A DNA stretch of 64,000 nucleotides, taken from Octopus bimaculoides. Its lineage: Eukaryota. The stretch covers positions 66,031,621 to 66,095,620 of the forward strand of contig NC_068991.1 of assembly GCF_001194135.2 (NCBI RefSeq), written 5' to 3'. The position numbers and the translations under genes are program-made. The notes beneath the pieces were generated by a model, which was given only the letters and a program-made list of their open reading frames with translations, did not search any database and was not told the origin of the DNA. This document shows positions 12,247-23,401 of the stretch, in pieces (the stretch's first letter is position 1; every line of letters begins with the position of its first letter).

Positions 12247-12507
12247 GGAAGCGCGTGGCTTAGTGGTTAGGGTGTCAGCACCATGATCGTAAGATTGTGG
12301 TTTCGATTCCTGGATCGAGCAACGCATTGTGTTCTTGAGCAAAACACTTCATTTCACGTTGCTCCAGTCCACTCAGCTGGCAAAAATGAGTAACGCTGAG
12401 ATGGACTGGCGTCCCGTCCAGCTGGAGAACACATACACCATTGAAACTGAGAAACCGGGCCCATGAGCCTGGCTAGGCCTTAAAAGGGCGCATTTATTAT
12501 TATTTAT
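12247..12507 (+). mobile_element. tRNA-derived SINE family E; other copies at ~375-630(+), 34045-34350(+), and fragments at 9020-9140, 25350-25480, 31930-32045, 55245-55370 (-)
   Basis: TGGCTTAGTGG box A, GGTTTCGATTCC box B, GTGTTCTTGAGCAAAACACTT..CCAGTCCACTCAGCTG core, (TTA)n tail. Confidence 0.8.
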
Positions 12508-13561
12508 AAATGTAATTATCCTATGAAAGAAAGGAGAGGAAGAAAAACATTTGTCATGGTGTAGATATGGCTGTGTGGTAAGAAGTTTGCTTCCCAACCA
12601 CCTGGCTTCAAGTTCAGTTCCACTGCAAGACACCTTGGGCTGAAATCTTCTAATAAAGCTCCAGGTCAACCAAAGCTTTGAGAGTGGATTTAATAGACAC
12701 AAACAGGAAGAAGTCCATTGTATATATTATAATGTGTGTGAGCATGTGTCTGTGTATGTGTGTGCCTTTGTGTCTATCCCCCCATTGTTTGATAACCAGT
12801 TTTGGCTTGTTTACATCCCTATAACTTAGCAGTTAGTCAAAAGAAACTGATAGAATAAGTACCTGACTTTAAAAATAAGCCCTGGGAATGATTTGTTCAA
12901 CTAAAAGCCCAGCATGACCACAATCCAATCTCTGAAACAAGTGAAAGATAAATGAAAAAACAAATACAACTTTCTAATGTTTCAGCAGTTGCACTTAATG
13001 AAGGACATCTATTCATTCTGTTGATTTTCTTCCTGTGCCTTTTCTTTACTCCATATTGTAATTGCATTGATGCTCTACATTTGTTTGTTATTTTTATTTT
13101 TGGAGGAAGTTTTGCCTTGGTTTTGCCCATATTTTAACTGGATATCTGGATATTAACCCTTTCACTGCAAAATTAAATCTCATGGTTATTTCAGCCAGTA
13201 TTGATGTTGAATATCTACTGAAAATAGAACTGATATTTTCTGCAACTCGTGTTGTCTCAATAAAGTTAACAAATCTCAACAGAAAATAATTTCAAAAGAC
13301 ATTTTCAGTAAAAAATAGGTTGTTATGTAAAACTGCTTTCTGTGGTTAACGGTAATGAAGTTTTGAGTTGATATATCTGCTTTCCACAGTAAAAAAAATT
13401 AATGATTGTACTAGCACAAACTTAATCTGGTATACCACTAGATCTATCAATCAATCAAATTATAATCCTTAAAACTCAGTGAGATACCATCTCTAAAACT
13501 CAACAGAATTAATCACTGAAAATCAATAAATTATAATCAAAATTTCAATGAATTTTAATCC

Positions 13562-13783
13562 TTAACCTTCTAGCATTCAGATTACTCTGTCGTATGTATT
13601 GTTTATTTATTTACATTGCTATGAATTTATCATGTTTTATTTTGCAGTTTCGAGGTTTTTATGATGTTTATTTTTACCATGACATTGTAGAGTAAGTGTG
13701 AGATGTTGGGTCTGGCCAGTTTGAACACAAATGAGGCAAAATACTTTGGCCAGATATGGTCAGTTTAAATGCTAAACAGTTAA
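13562..13783. mobile_element. piggyBac-type MITE (TTAA flanks, CC(C/T)TTTAGCATT TIRs); related copies at 51758-51983, ~53065-53260 and 4288-4830 (interrupted)
   Basis: TTAA flanks plus short TIRs; internal sequence shared among copies. Confidence 0.75.
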
Positions 13784-14523
13784 ATCTCAATGAAATATAA
13801 ACTAAAACTCAGTCAATAATAAACACTAAGACCCAAGGTGAATGGGTTTGCTAGGTTTGTACAAGAGTCTACAGAGAAAAATGTAAAATAAATGGAATTT
13901 GAGTCGTTTCTTCAAAAGATATTAAAAAGAATGTCAGATATTTTCTTTTGTTACAGCATACACTTTATTTCTTTAATTCTACTGAACTGCATGTCTAATC
14001 AAAAGCATCTTGGGAAAATGAGGATGAAGGTGATGATGATGATGATGATGACGATGACGACGGATCATCATCATTATAATAACTGTTAAGTTATTTTTAA
14101 ATTTTAGTATGGTGCTTTATTGAGTTGTGTTTGTTTTCTACTAAAAGAAAAAAGTGGGGGAAAATGATAGTCTAGATATTCTTTGAAATTCAGATTGAGT
14201 TATGGTAGCATGTAGTTCAATGTTTCTAGAACTTCTGGTCTCATTTTCAGGTGGGCAGAGTCACTGAACATTTATTTTGGAGAATTGTGAAAATATTTTG
14301 CTCATGCTGGCTAAAGATCTGATCTCCAAGCTAAAGTTTTAAGTCTTGTGATACAAGCAGGAAAATAGAATTCAAAACATGATTTTACATGCATGTATGT
14401 ATGTACATATGTGTGTGTGTGTGTGTGTAAATATATATATTATGTGGTAAGTCTTCAACAAAGAGAAAAGTACTCAATCAGCTAAGAGAGTAAAGATAAC
14501 ATAATAGTAAAAACCACAAATTT

Positions 14524-14746
14524 TGTGAAATACAACCACCCAGGGTTTCCTGACCAAAGCATTAATTTATTTTGCCATTTTTCAAGCTGAGAACAAGGCC
14601 ATTTGTCAGTTGCTTTTTATGTAAGGGACTCTTATTCAAACGTCACCTGCTTAAAAACCAACTGACAAATGGCTTGTTCTTAGTTTGAAAAATGGCAAAA
14701 TAAATTAATGCTTCAGTCAGGAAACCCTAGGTGGTTGTACTTCACA
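14524..14746. mobile_element. Hairpin MITE, ~95-bp arms and ~32-nt loop
   Basis: 14524-14619 is roughly 90% identical to the reverse complement of 14652-14746 (by eye). Confidence 0.85.
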
Positions 14747-15749
14747 AGACTTTCAGTTTTTATTATAAAATCATACACACACATACATATGTATCTACAC
14801 ATAATTAGGATAAAGTCATTAAATTAATGATTTATCAGTGCCCAGTGTACAAAAAAGATCATATGGGTTAAGTTAATATTTAAAGTATAATTATAAGAAT
14901 ATAATTGTAATAATAATATTTATTATATTTTTATAATTATACTTTATATAAATATATATATATATGGAAGATGTGTTTGTGTGTATGTGACAGGCCATTT
15001 ACTTGATCCCACTTAAAATCAATATTTTTCATCCGATTTCTTTCATGCTTGGCACATACATCACTTATGTCCCACAGATGGTTCTACACTCTTTAGATTT
15101 TTCACTTATGGAGTAATGGGGCTTCTTGTGTCAGAAAGGGTTAAAAAAAACCTCCATTTCTGTTATATGGTGACTATTGTGGTAACTCTTTGTGAAGTAA
15201 CATTCAGAAATTGATTCTCTCCCTTACATTTGTATCCCTCACTATACTTTTTTGGTTGACAATTGGTGGGTCGTACCCCACGAGATGCTCTACAAAACAT
15301 TTCATGCACACACCAATGTAGAATTCTGTCAAATCCATATGTTATGTATGCAAGTACATTACCAATGGATTGGGCAGAGTCGTTTTTCAAATAAAATCTA
15401 TATGATCAACAGATTTTACAAATGATGAAGTGACTCTTTTCGAAACTGGATGCTACATATCCACCAATGAAGCCATATGCAGAACCTGAAGATTCCCAAT
15501 TCATGAACGATACCCTCCTATGATTCATCTCAGCATTCATTTGAAAAATAGGAAGTGAATTTACTTCACAGAAAACAACTTCATTCAAAAAGCAGCTGCC
15601 CTGTGAAAGTATTTTGTGGTGATCATGTTTTACAAAGTCTGCCCTATCTTGATGTTGCCATAGTCTTAGTTACTTAAAGTTATAGTGTTCACCACATTAA
15701 ATATATTAGCAATTCACTTTATTACAGCTTTGTTAGTCTTATATATTCT

Positions 15750-16250
15750 CCCCACCTCTCATGGCCTTCTTTCACCTATGCACAGTCAACCCATTCGCAA
15801 AGTCTATTTTGTACGCTGAAGTGCCATGTTATTATACATGGAATCAATCATGTTCCCAGTGGCAACGACGAAAACAAGGCTGGCCTATGCAGTTGGATCC
15901 AGCCGTGTACAAAGGCGACACAATCAGATGCACCTACACAGTTCACCCGTTGAACTCCGAATGCTTCCATCTGCAGCTCTTACTTCATGTCATCAAGGGA
16001 CCAACCTCCTTCAACAACCTCTGCACAGTGGATGGCCACTTATGTGACACTTTCAAAGATGCCTGCTCAAAATGGGGACTTTTGGATACAGATGATCAAT
16101 ATGATAATGCACTTGAAGAGGCCTCTCTGTGTCATTCTCCACACAAGCTCCAACACCTTTTTGCAATAATGCTAGTTTTCTACAACCTGACAGACACATT
16201 CACTTTGAAAAAAATACAAAGACTCAGTGTGCCATGACATTTTGTTGCAG
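15750..16250 (+). mobile_element. Helitron Rep/helicase linker-region fragment
   Basis: AFFHLC..PFAKSILYAEVPCYYTWN, QRRKQG, YTVHP..ECFHLQLLLHVIKGPTSF..LCTVDG, ACSKWGLL are typical Helitron RepHel motifs. Confidence 0.85.
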
Positions 16251-16723
16251 ACTCGCCAAATCACAGGTAGCGTTGACACTGGTACTTATTTAATCGACCC
16301 CAAAAGTCGACCTCGGCAGAATTTGACTTCAGGACATAACGGCAGAGGAAATACCGCTAAGCATTTTGCCCAGNNNNNNNNNNNNNNNNNNNNNNNNNNN
16401 NNNNNNNNNNNNNNNNNNNNNNNNNNNNNNNNNNNNNNNNNNNNNNNNNNNNNNNNNNNNNNNNNNNNNNNNNNNNNNNNNNNNNNNNNNNNNNNNNNNN
16501 NNNNNNNNNNNNNNNNNNNNNNNNNNNNNNNNNNNNNNNNNNNNNNNNNNNNNNNNNNNNNNNNNNNNNNNNNNNNNNNNNNNNNNNNNNNNNNNNNNNN
16601 NNNNNNNNNNNNNNNNNNNNNNNNNNATATAATGCATTGTGTTCTTGAACATATTTCATGTTGTTCCCATCTACTCATATATATAAGGGTATATATATAT
16701 ATATATACTTATATATATATATA

Positions 16724-18540
16724 TTGGGTTGGCAAGAAAGTAAATAGATAGAGTTATGATTTTTTTTAATGACTTTTGTCAATGTTATGATTTTTTCCTT
16801 TTGGCATTTGATAGCCATTACTTTTAGCTTACTTTACAAGCAAATTGTGCGTAAGTTTGTTTACAACTGTTAGTTTAGTGTCAATTTTAACATGGAGTGC
16901 AAAAAGGAACATTTTCGTCATATTTTGCTCTTTTATTTCCATAAAGGCAAAGCAGCTGCTGAGTTTCACAAAGAGATATGCGAAGTTTATGGTATTAATT
17001 ACTTAACAGAATGCACATGTCAGAAACGGTTTAAAAAATTCCATTCTGGAGATTCTTCACTCAAAGATGACCTATGTTCTGGTTGACCAACTGAAGTTGA
17101 TGATGACCAAATCAAAGCCATAATTGAATCTGATTGTCATATAACTGTGCGAGAGATTGCAGAGAGGCTAAATGTATCACACACAACAATTAAAAATCAC
17201 TTAAAATGTCTTGGACTCATTAAGAAGTTTGATATTTGGGTTCCACATAAATTCAAAGAAAATCACTTAACACAATGAATCAATATTTGTGACATGCGTC
17301 TCAAACACAATGAAATCTACCTTTTTTCGAAACAAATCATCACTGGTGATGAAAAGTGGATTGTCTACCATAACATCAATCGAAAGTGATCATCATCCAA
17401 GCATAATGAACCAGCACAAATCACATCGAAAGCTGAATTGCATCAAAAAAAGGTCATGCTGTCAATTTGGTGGGATTACAAAGGTGTTGTGTATTTTGAG
17501 CTGCTTCCAAGGAATCAAACAATCAATTCAGATGCTTACTGTCAACAACTAATGAAACTGGAGGAAGCAATCAAAGAAAAACGGCCAGATCTGGCAAATT
17601 ATAAAGGAATTGTGTCCCACCATGACAATGCTGGACCATACATGTCTTTGCTAACTCATGAAAAATTATTGGAGCTTGGTTGGGAAGTGATGTCACATCC
17701 ACCATATAGCCCTGACCTTACACCATCAGATTAACATTTATTTTGAAGTTTGCAAAATTCTTTGAATGGTAAAACTTTCAATAATGATGATAACCTAAAA
17801 TNNNNNNNNNNNNNNNNNNNNNNNNNNNNNNNNNNNNNNNNNNNNNNNNNNNNNNNNNNNNNNNNNNNNNNNNNNNNNNNNNNNNNNNNNNNNNNNNNNN
17901 NNNNNNNNNNNNNNNNNNNNNNNNNNNNNNNNNNNNNNNNNNNNNNNNATAATGAACCAGCACAAATCACATCGAAAGCTGAATTGCATCAAAAAAAGGT
18001 CATGCTGTCAATTTGGTGGGATTACAAAGGTGTTGTGTATTTTGAGCTGCTTCCAAGGAATCAAACAATCAATTCAGATGCTTACTGTCAACAACTAATG
18101 AAACTGGAGGAAGCAATCAAAGAAAAACGGCCAGATCTGGCAAATTATAAAGGAATTGTGTCCCACCATGACAATGCTGGACCATACATGTCTTTGCTAA
18201 CTCATGAAAAATTATTGGAGCTTGGTTGGGAAGTGATGTCACATCCACCATATAGCCCTGACCTTACACCATCAGATTAACATTTATTTTGAAGTTTGCA
18301 AAATTCTTTGAATGGTAAAACTTTCAATAATGATGATAACCTAAAATCACACTTGCTTCAGTTTTTGGCTGATACAGACAAGAAGTTCTATGAACGTGGA
18401 CTCATGAAGTTGCCAGAAAGATGGTCAAAGGTCATCAAACAAAATGGAAAATATATAATTGATTAAAGTTCATTATTTGTATGAAAAAAAAATGACTTAT
18501 TTCCAACTAAAACACCGAAATTACTTTCCTGCCAACCCAA
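16724..18540 (+). mobile_element. Mariner (DD34D, mellifera-like) defective copy B, ~1271 bp after removing the assembly duplication
   Basis: Same TIR with TA on both flanks; N-terminus MECKKEHFRHILLFYFHKGK; 17403-17801 is repeated exactly at 17949-18347 across a 147-N gap. Confidence 0.95.
17802..17948. other. Assembly gap flanked by an exact 399-bp overlap duplication; other N-gaps at 1449-1458, 9659-10409, 16374-16626, 19133-19449, 20956-21606, 22455-23145, 35259-35319, 59281-59743
   Basis: N runs; 17403-17801 equals 17949-18347. Confidence 0.95.
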
Positions 18541-19519
18541 TATACATGTGTATGTGTGTGTGTGTACATACATACTTATGTGTATGTGTGTGCGTGTGTG
18601 TGTTTTGTATGTATGTATATATGTATGTATGTATGCATGCACGTATGTATGCATGCATGTATGTATGTGTGTGTGTATGTATGTATGTATGAATGTATGC
18701 ATGCATGCATGTATGTATGTATGTATGTATGTATGTATATCTAAACAAATATGATAGGGAAAAAGAAAGAATGCTCTCGGTGATAATAATGTCTGAGAGT
18801 GAGAATGAGGCAGTCTATTGATAGAAGCAATTAGTAAAATAGTTTTTCACAAAAAAATGCTGTAATTTAGACTTGTGTCAACATAGACAGCATAAAGATT
18901 ATTGGCCCATTTAAAGAAGGGGTAAATATCATATCGTGTTGTCATTTCCTCTCACTTAAAATTTGGTCTTCTTTTTTAGAATTGATAACCCCACATTGAG
19001 TTCACCCGGTGGGGAGGGGTCGGGGGTCGGGCTCGGTAAGTGTTTGGCAAGACTCTTTCCTCAGTAAAAGTGGTGGTGGTGGTGGTGACGGTGGCGGTGG
19101 CAGTGGTGTAGAGAGGGTGATCTTAATGTGGGNNNNNNNNNNNNNNNNNNNNNNNNNNNNNNNNNNNNNNNNNNNNNNNNNNNNNNNNNNNNNNNNNNNN
19201 NNNNNNNNNNNNNNNNNNNNNNNNNNNNNNNNNNNNNNNNNNNNNNNNNNNNNNNNNNNNNNNNNNNNNNNNNNNNNNNNNNNNNNNNNNNNNNNNNNNN
19301 NNNNNNNNNNNNNNNNNNNNNNNNNNNNNNNNNNNNNNNNNNNNNNNNNNNNNNNNNNNNNNNNNNNNNNNNNNNNNNNNNNNNNNNNNNNNNNNNNNNN
19401 NNNNNNNNNNNNNNNNNNNNNNNNNNNNNNNNNNNNNNNNNNNNNNNNNAGAGAAGAAGTATGGATTATGGTTTTTTAGAACCTGTTAACTCTCACTTTG
19501 TCTGACTGTTTGTCTGTTT

Positions 19520-19559
<40 letters not shown>

Positions 19560-20114
19560 TAACTTTTCATTATTACTGATTCATGGTTTGTGATGTCAAT
19601 AGCTTTAGTCTCTCTCACTATCATCACCATCATCGTCTTACTTCCAAAACCACCACCACCACCACCACCACCACCACCATCATCTTCAGCATTCATCATC
19701 ATCATCATCAGCAGCAGCAGCAGCATCTTTACCACATTCATCATTCTTCTCATTGTTATCTTAATCATTGTCATCAGTTTCATAATTATATCATTACCAT
19801 CTTCATCATCATTATCACCACTACTACCACCATCACCACCACCATCGTCATCATCATTATCCTCACCACTACTATCATCTTCATTATCACCAAGGGAGCC
19901 TCTATGTGGTTGTTCAACTGACTAGAAAATACAGCTAACTCTCTTTCAAACCATACCCTACCATCTTTAACAAAAAAAATGAGAGAATTGATTTAGAGGG
20001 TTTTACCAAAGACTTCAAAGATTTATATTTAATCAACTCTCTTGGAAGAAGTTCCAAACATTTTATTTGTCCTAGAATAGTTCATTCTTGAATCCATTTA
20101 GAATCATTGAAATA

Positions 20115-20918
20115 ATGTTCCTTCCTGCCCATGTGTGAAAATTTTCATGGTATCAGTTCTCAGCTGTTATGCCTAGAGTACAGATATGTAGTTCGTACTC
20201 TTTGGATCTTCATTTTCATGCAGGATGACCGAAGACAAATCTATGTTTCATCACCACTGATAATGGTCTTCATGAAGTCTGGGTACTGGTTTGCACAGTC
20301 CAACATGTCCCAAGTGATTTCCATGTGGAGTTGTTTCCGCTTCTCTGCTGGCACCTTGGGGACATTTCCCAACACTCTCCACATGCACAAATCCTGCATT
20401 AAAATGGAATGCGTTAATCCTGTGCTTATTCCCACTTCATGAGCAATATCCTGGATTGTTACATTATGGTCTTCCATAACTATTCACTGAACCTTCTCAA
20501 TCAGCTCCTTGTGTTGGCTTGTGGATGGTCTGCATGAGCATGCCCCTCTCTCCACTGAAGTGTGAGCATGTTTGAAACAATTGTACCATTCTATGATCTC
20601 ACTTTTGCCCATGGCATCATCACCAAAAGCCTGCTGAATCTTCCGGATGGTTTGAGCTTGAGTATCACCAAGCTTTTGGCAAAACCTATTTCTGCTTGAT
20701 GCATTTGGTCATATAGCATGAAAATGAAAATCTGACGAGTGTGCAGTACACATCTGTGGTCTAGGCATAACAGCCAGGAACTGATGCAGCCTACTGGAAC
20801 AAAAATTTTCACCCACACACAGAAAAAGGATCATCATCTCCCACCCAAAGGATTTTGCCCACATTGTATTAGTCTTGGTAGGAAAAAATAAAGTCGAATA
20901 CCTTTTGAATGCACCTTG

Positions 20919-20920
<2 letters not shown>
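20115..20920 (-). mobile_element. Second mariner family, truncated fold-back derivative
   Basis: End TACAAGGTGCATTCAAAAGG; degraded HTH coding (QQAFGDDAMGKSEIIEWYNCFK...RPSTS; IAHEVGISTG; IISGDET) joined to an inverted copy of its own 5' UTR. Confidence 0.8.
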
Positions 20921-20955
<35 letters not shown>

Positions 20956-21804
20956 NNNNNNNNNNNNNNNNNNNNNNNNNNNNNNNNNNNNNNNNNNNNN
21001 NNNNNNNNNNNNNNNNNNNNNNNNNNNNNNNNNNNNNNNNNNNNNNNNNNNNNNNNNNNNNNNNNNNNNNNNNNNNNNNNNNNNNNNNNNNNNNNNNNNN
21101 NNNNNNNNNNNNNNNNNNNNNNNNNNNNNNNNNNNNNNNNNNNNNNNNNNNNNNNNNNNNNNNNNNNNNNNNNNNNNNNNNNNNNNNNNNNNNNNNNNNN
21201 NNNNNNNNNNNNNNNNNNNNNNNNNNNNNNNNNNNNNNNNNNNNNNNNNNNNNNNNNNNNNNNNNNNNNNNNNNNNNNNNNNNNNNNNNNNNNNNNNNNN
21301 NNNNNNNNNNNNNNNNNNNNNNNNNNNNNNNNNNNNNNNNNNNNNNNNNNNNNNNNNNNNNNNNNNNNNNNNNNNNNNNNNNNNNNNNNNNNNNNNNNNN
21401 NNNNNNNNNNNNNNNNNNNNNNNNNNNNNNNNNNNNNNNNNNNNNNNNNNNNNNNNNNNNNNNNNNNNNNNNNNNNNNNNNNNNNNNNNNNNNNNNNNNN
21501 NNNNNNNNNNNNNNNNNNNNNNNNNNNNNNNNNNNNNNNNNNNNNNNNNNNNNNNNNNNNNNNNNNNNNNNNNNNNNNNNNNNNNNNNNNNNNNNNNNNN
21601 NNNNNNCTTGTTTCAGTCATTTGACTGCGGCCATGCTGGAGCACCGGCTTTATAGTCAAGCAAATCGACCCCAGAGCTTATTCTTTGTAAGCCTAGTACT
21701 TATTCTATCAGTCTCTTTTGCCGAACCGCTAAGTTATGGGGACGCAAACACACCAGCATCGGTTGTCAAGCGATGCTGGAGGAGACAAACAGACACACAA
21801 ACAT

Positions 21805-21837
<33 letters not shown>

Positions 21838-22408
21838 CATATACGACAGGCTTCTTCCAGTTTCCATCTACCAAATCCACTCACAAGGCTTTGGTCGGCC
21901 CGAGGCTATAGTAGAAGACATTTGCCCAAGGTGCCACGCAGTGGGAATGAACCTGGGATCATGTGGTTGGTAAGCAAGCTACTTACCACACAGCCACTCA
22001 TGTAATTTGGGGATGAATGGGTGTATAGCAATTAGTGTGTTGAGTAAAGCATATTCACAGTTTGGGCTACCTGGTGTCATCCATGGTTTGGGTATATTTC
22101 CTCTGGATCTACATCAGGAATTCTGCAGTCTTAGTTGAGATTAGAACTTGATGAAGGAAACGGAAGAGAGATTCAGCACTAGTCTTTATTCAGTTTGACA
22201 ATTGTTTCAACCCATCCTGCAACTGTCCATTATGGGTAGGATTTTGTGCATTTAATGTGTTGTTTGTGTCACATCAGGTACATGCATAAAGAAGGGGATT
22301 TCCCACTAGATATACCGAGTTGTCCTAGGCATGTTCTTACCCATCAATTATATATCTATATATATATATTCTTTTACTTGTTACAGTCATTTGACTGCAG
22401 CCATGCTG

Positions 22409-22454
<46 letters not shown>

Positions 22455-23367
22455 NNNNNNNNNNNNNNNNNNNNNNNNNNNNNNNNNNNNNNNNNNNNNN
22501 NNNNNNNNNNNNNNNNNNNNNNNNNNNNNNNNNNNNNNNNNNNNNNNNNNNNNNNNNNNNNNNNNNNNNNNNNNNNNNNNNNNNNNNNNNNNNNNNNNNN
22601 NNNNNNNNNNNNNNNNNNNNNNNNNNNNNNNNNNNNNNNNNNNNNNNNNNNNNNNNNNNNNNNNNNNNNNNNNNNNNNNNNNNNNNNNNNNNNNNNNNNN
22701 NNNNNNNNNNNNNNNNNNNNNNNNNNNNNNNNNNNNNNNNNNNNNNNNNNNNNNNNNNNNNNNNNNNNNNNNNNNNNNNNNNNNNNNNNNNNNNNNNNNN
22801 NNNNNNNNNNNNNNNNNNNNNNNNNNNNNNNNNNNNNNNNNNNNNNNNNNNNNNNNNNNNNNNNNNNNNNNNNNNNNNNNNNNNNNNNNNNNNNNNNNNN
22901 NNNNNNNNNNNNNNNNNNNNNNNNNNNNNNNNNNNNNNNNNNNNNNNNNNNNNNNNNNNNNNNNNNNNNNNNNNNNNNNNNNNNNNNNNNNNNNNNNNNN
23001 NNNNNNNNNNNNNNNNNNNNNNNNNNNNNNNNNNNNNNNNNNNNNNNNNNNNNNNNNNNNNNNNNNNNNNNNNNNNNNNNNNNNNNNNNNNNNNNNNNNN
23101 NNNNNNNNNNNNNNNNNNNNNNNNNNNNNNNNNNNNNNNNNNNNCTTGTGCGGGTGGCACATAAAAGACACCATTTCGAGCGTGGCCGTTTTCGTGCGGG
23201 TGACACGTAAAAGCACCCACTACACTCTCTGAGTGGTTGGCGTTAGGAAGGGCATCCAGCTGTAGAAACTCTGCCAAATTAGATTGGAGCCTGGTGTAGC
23301 CATCCGGTTGCACCAGTCCTCAGTCAAATCGTCCAACCCATGCTAGCATGGAAGGCGGATGTTAAAC

Positions 23368-23401
<34 letters not shown>

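Noticed and set aside
17403-18347. Internal tandem duplication of the mariner catalytic domain
   Set aside because: An exact 399-bp copy on either side of an N-gap, typical of an unmerged contig overlap.
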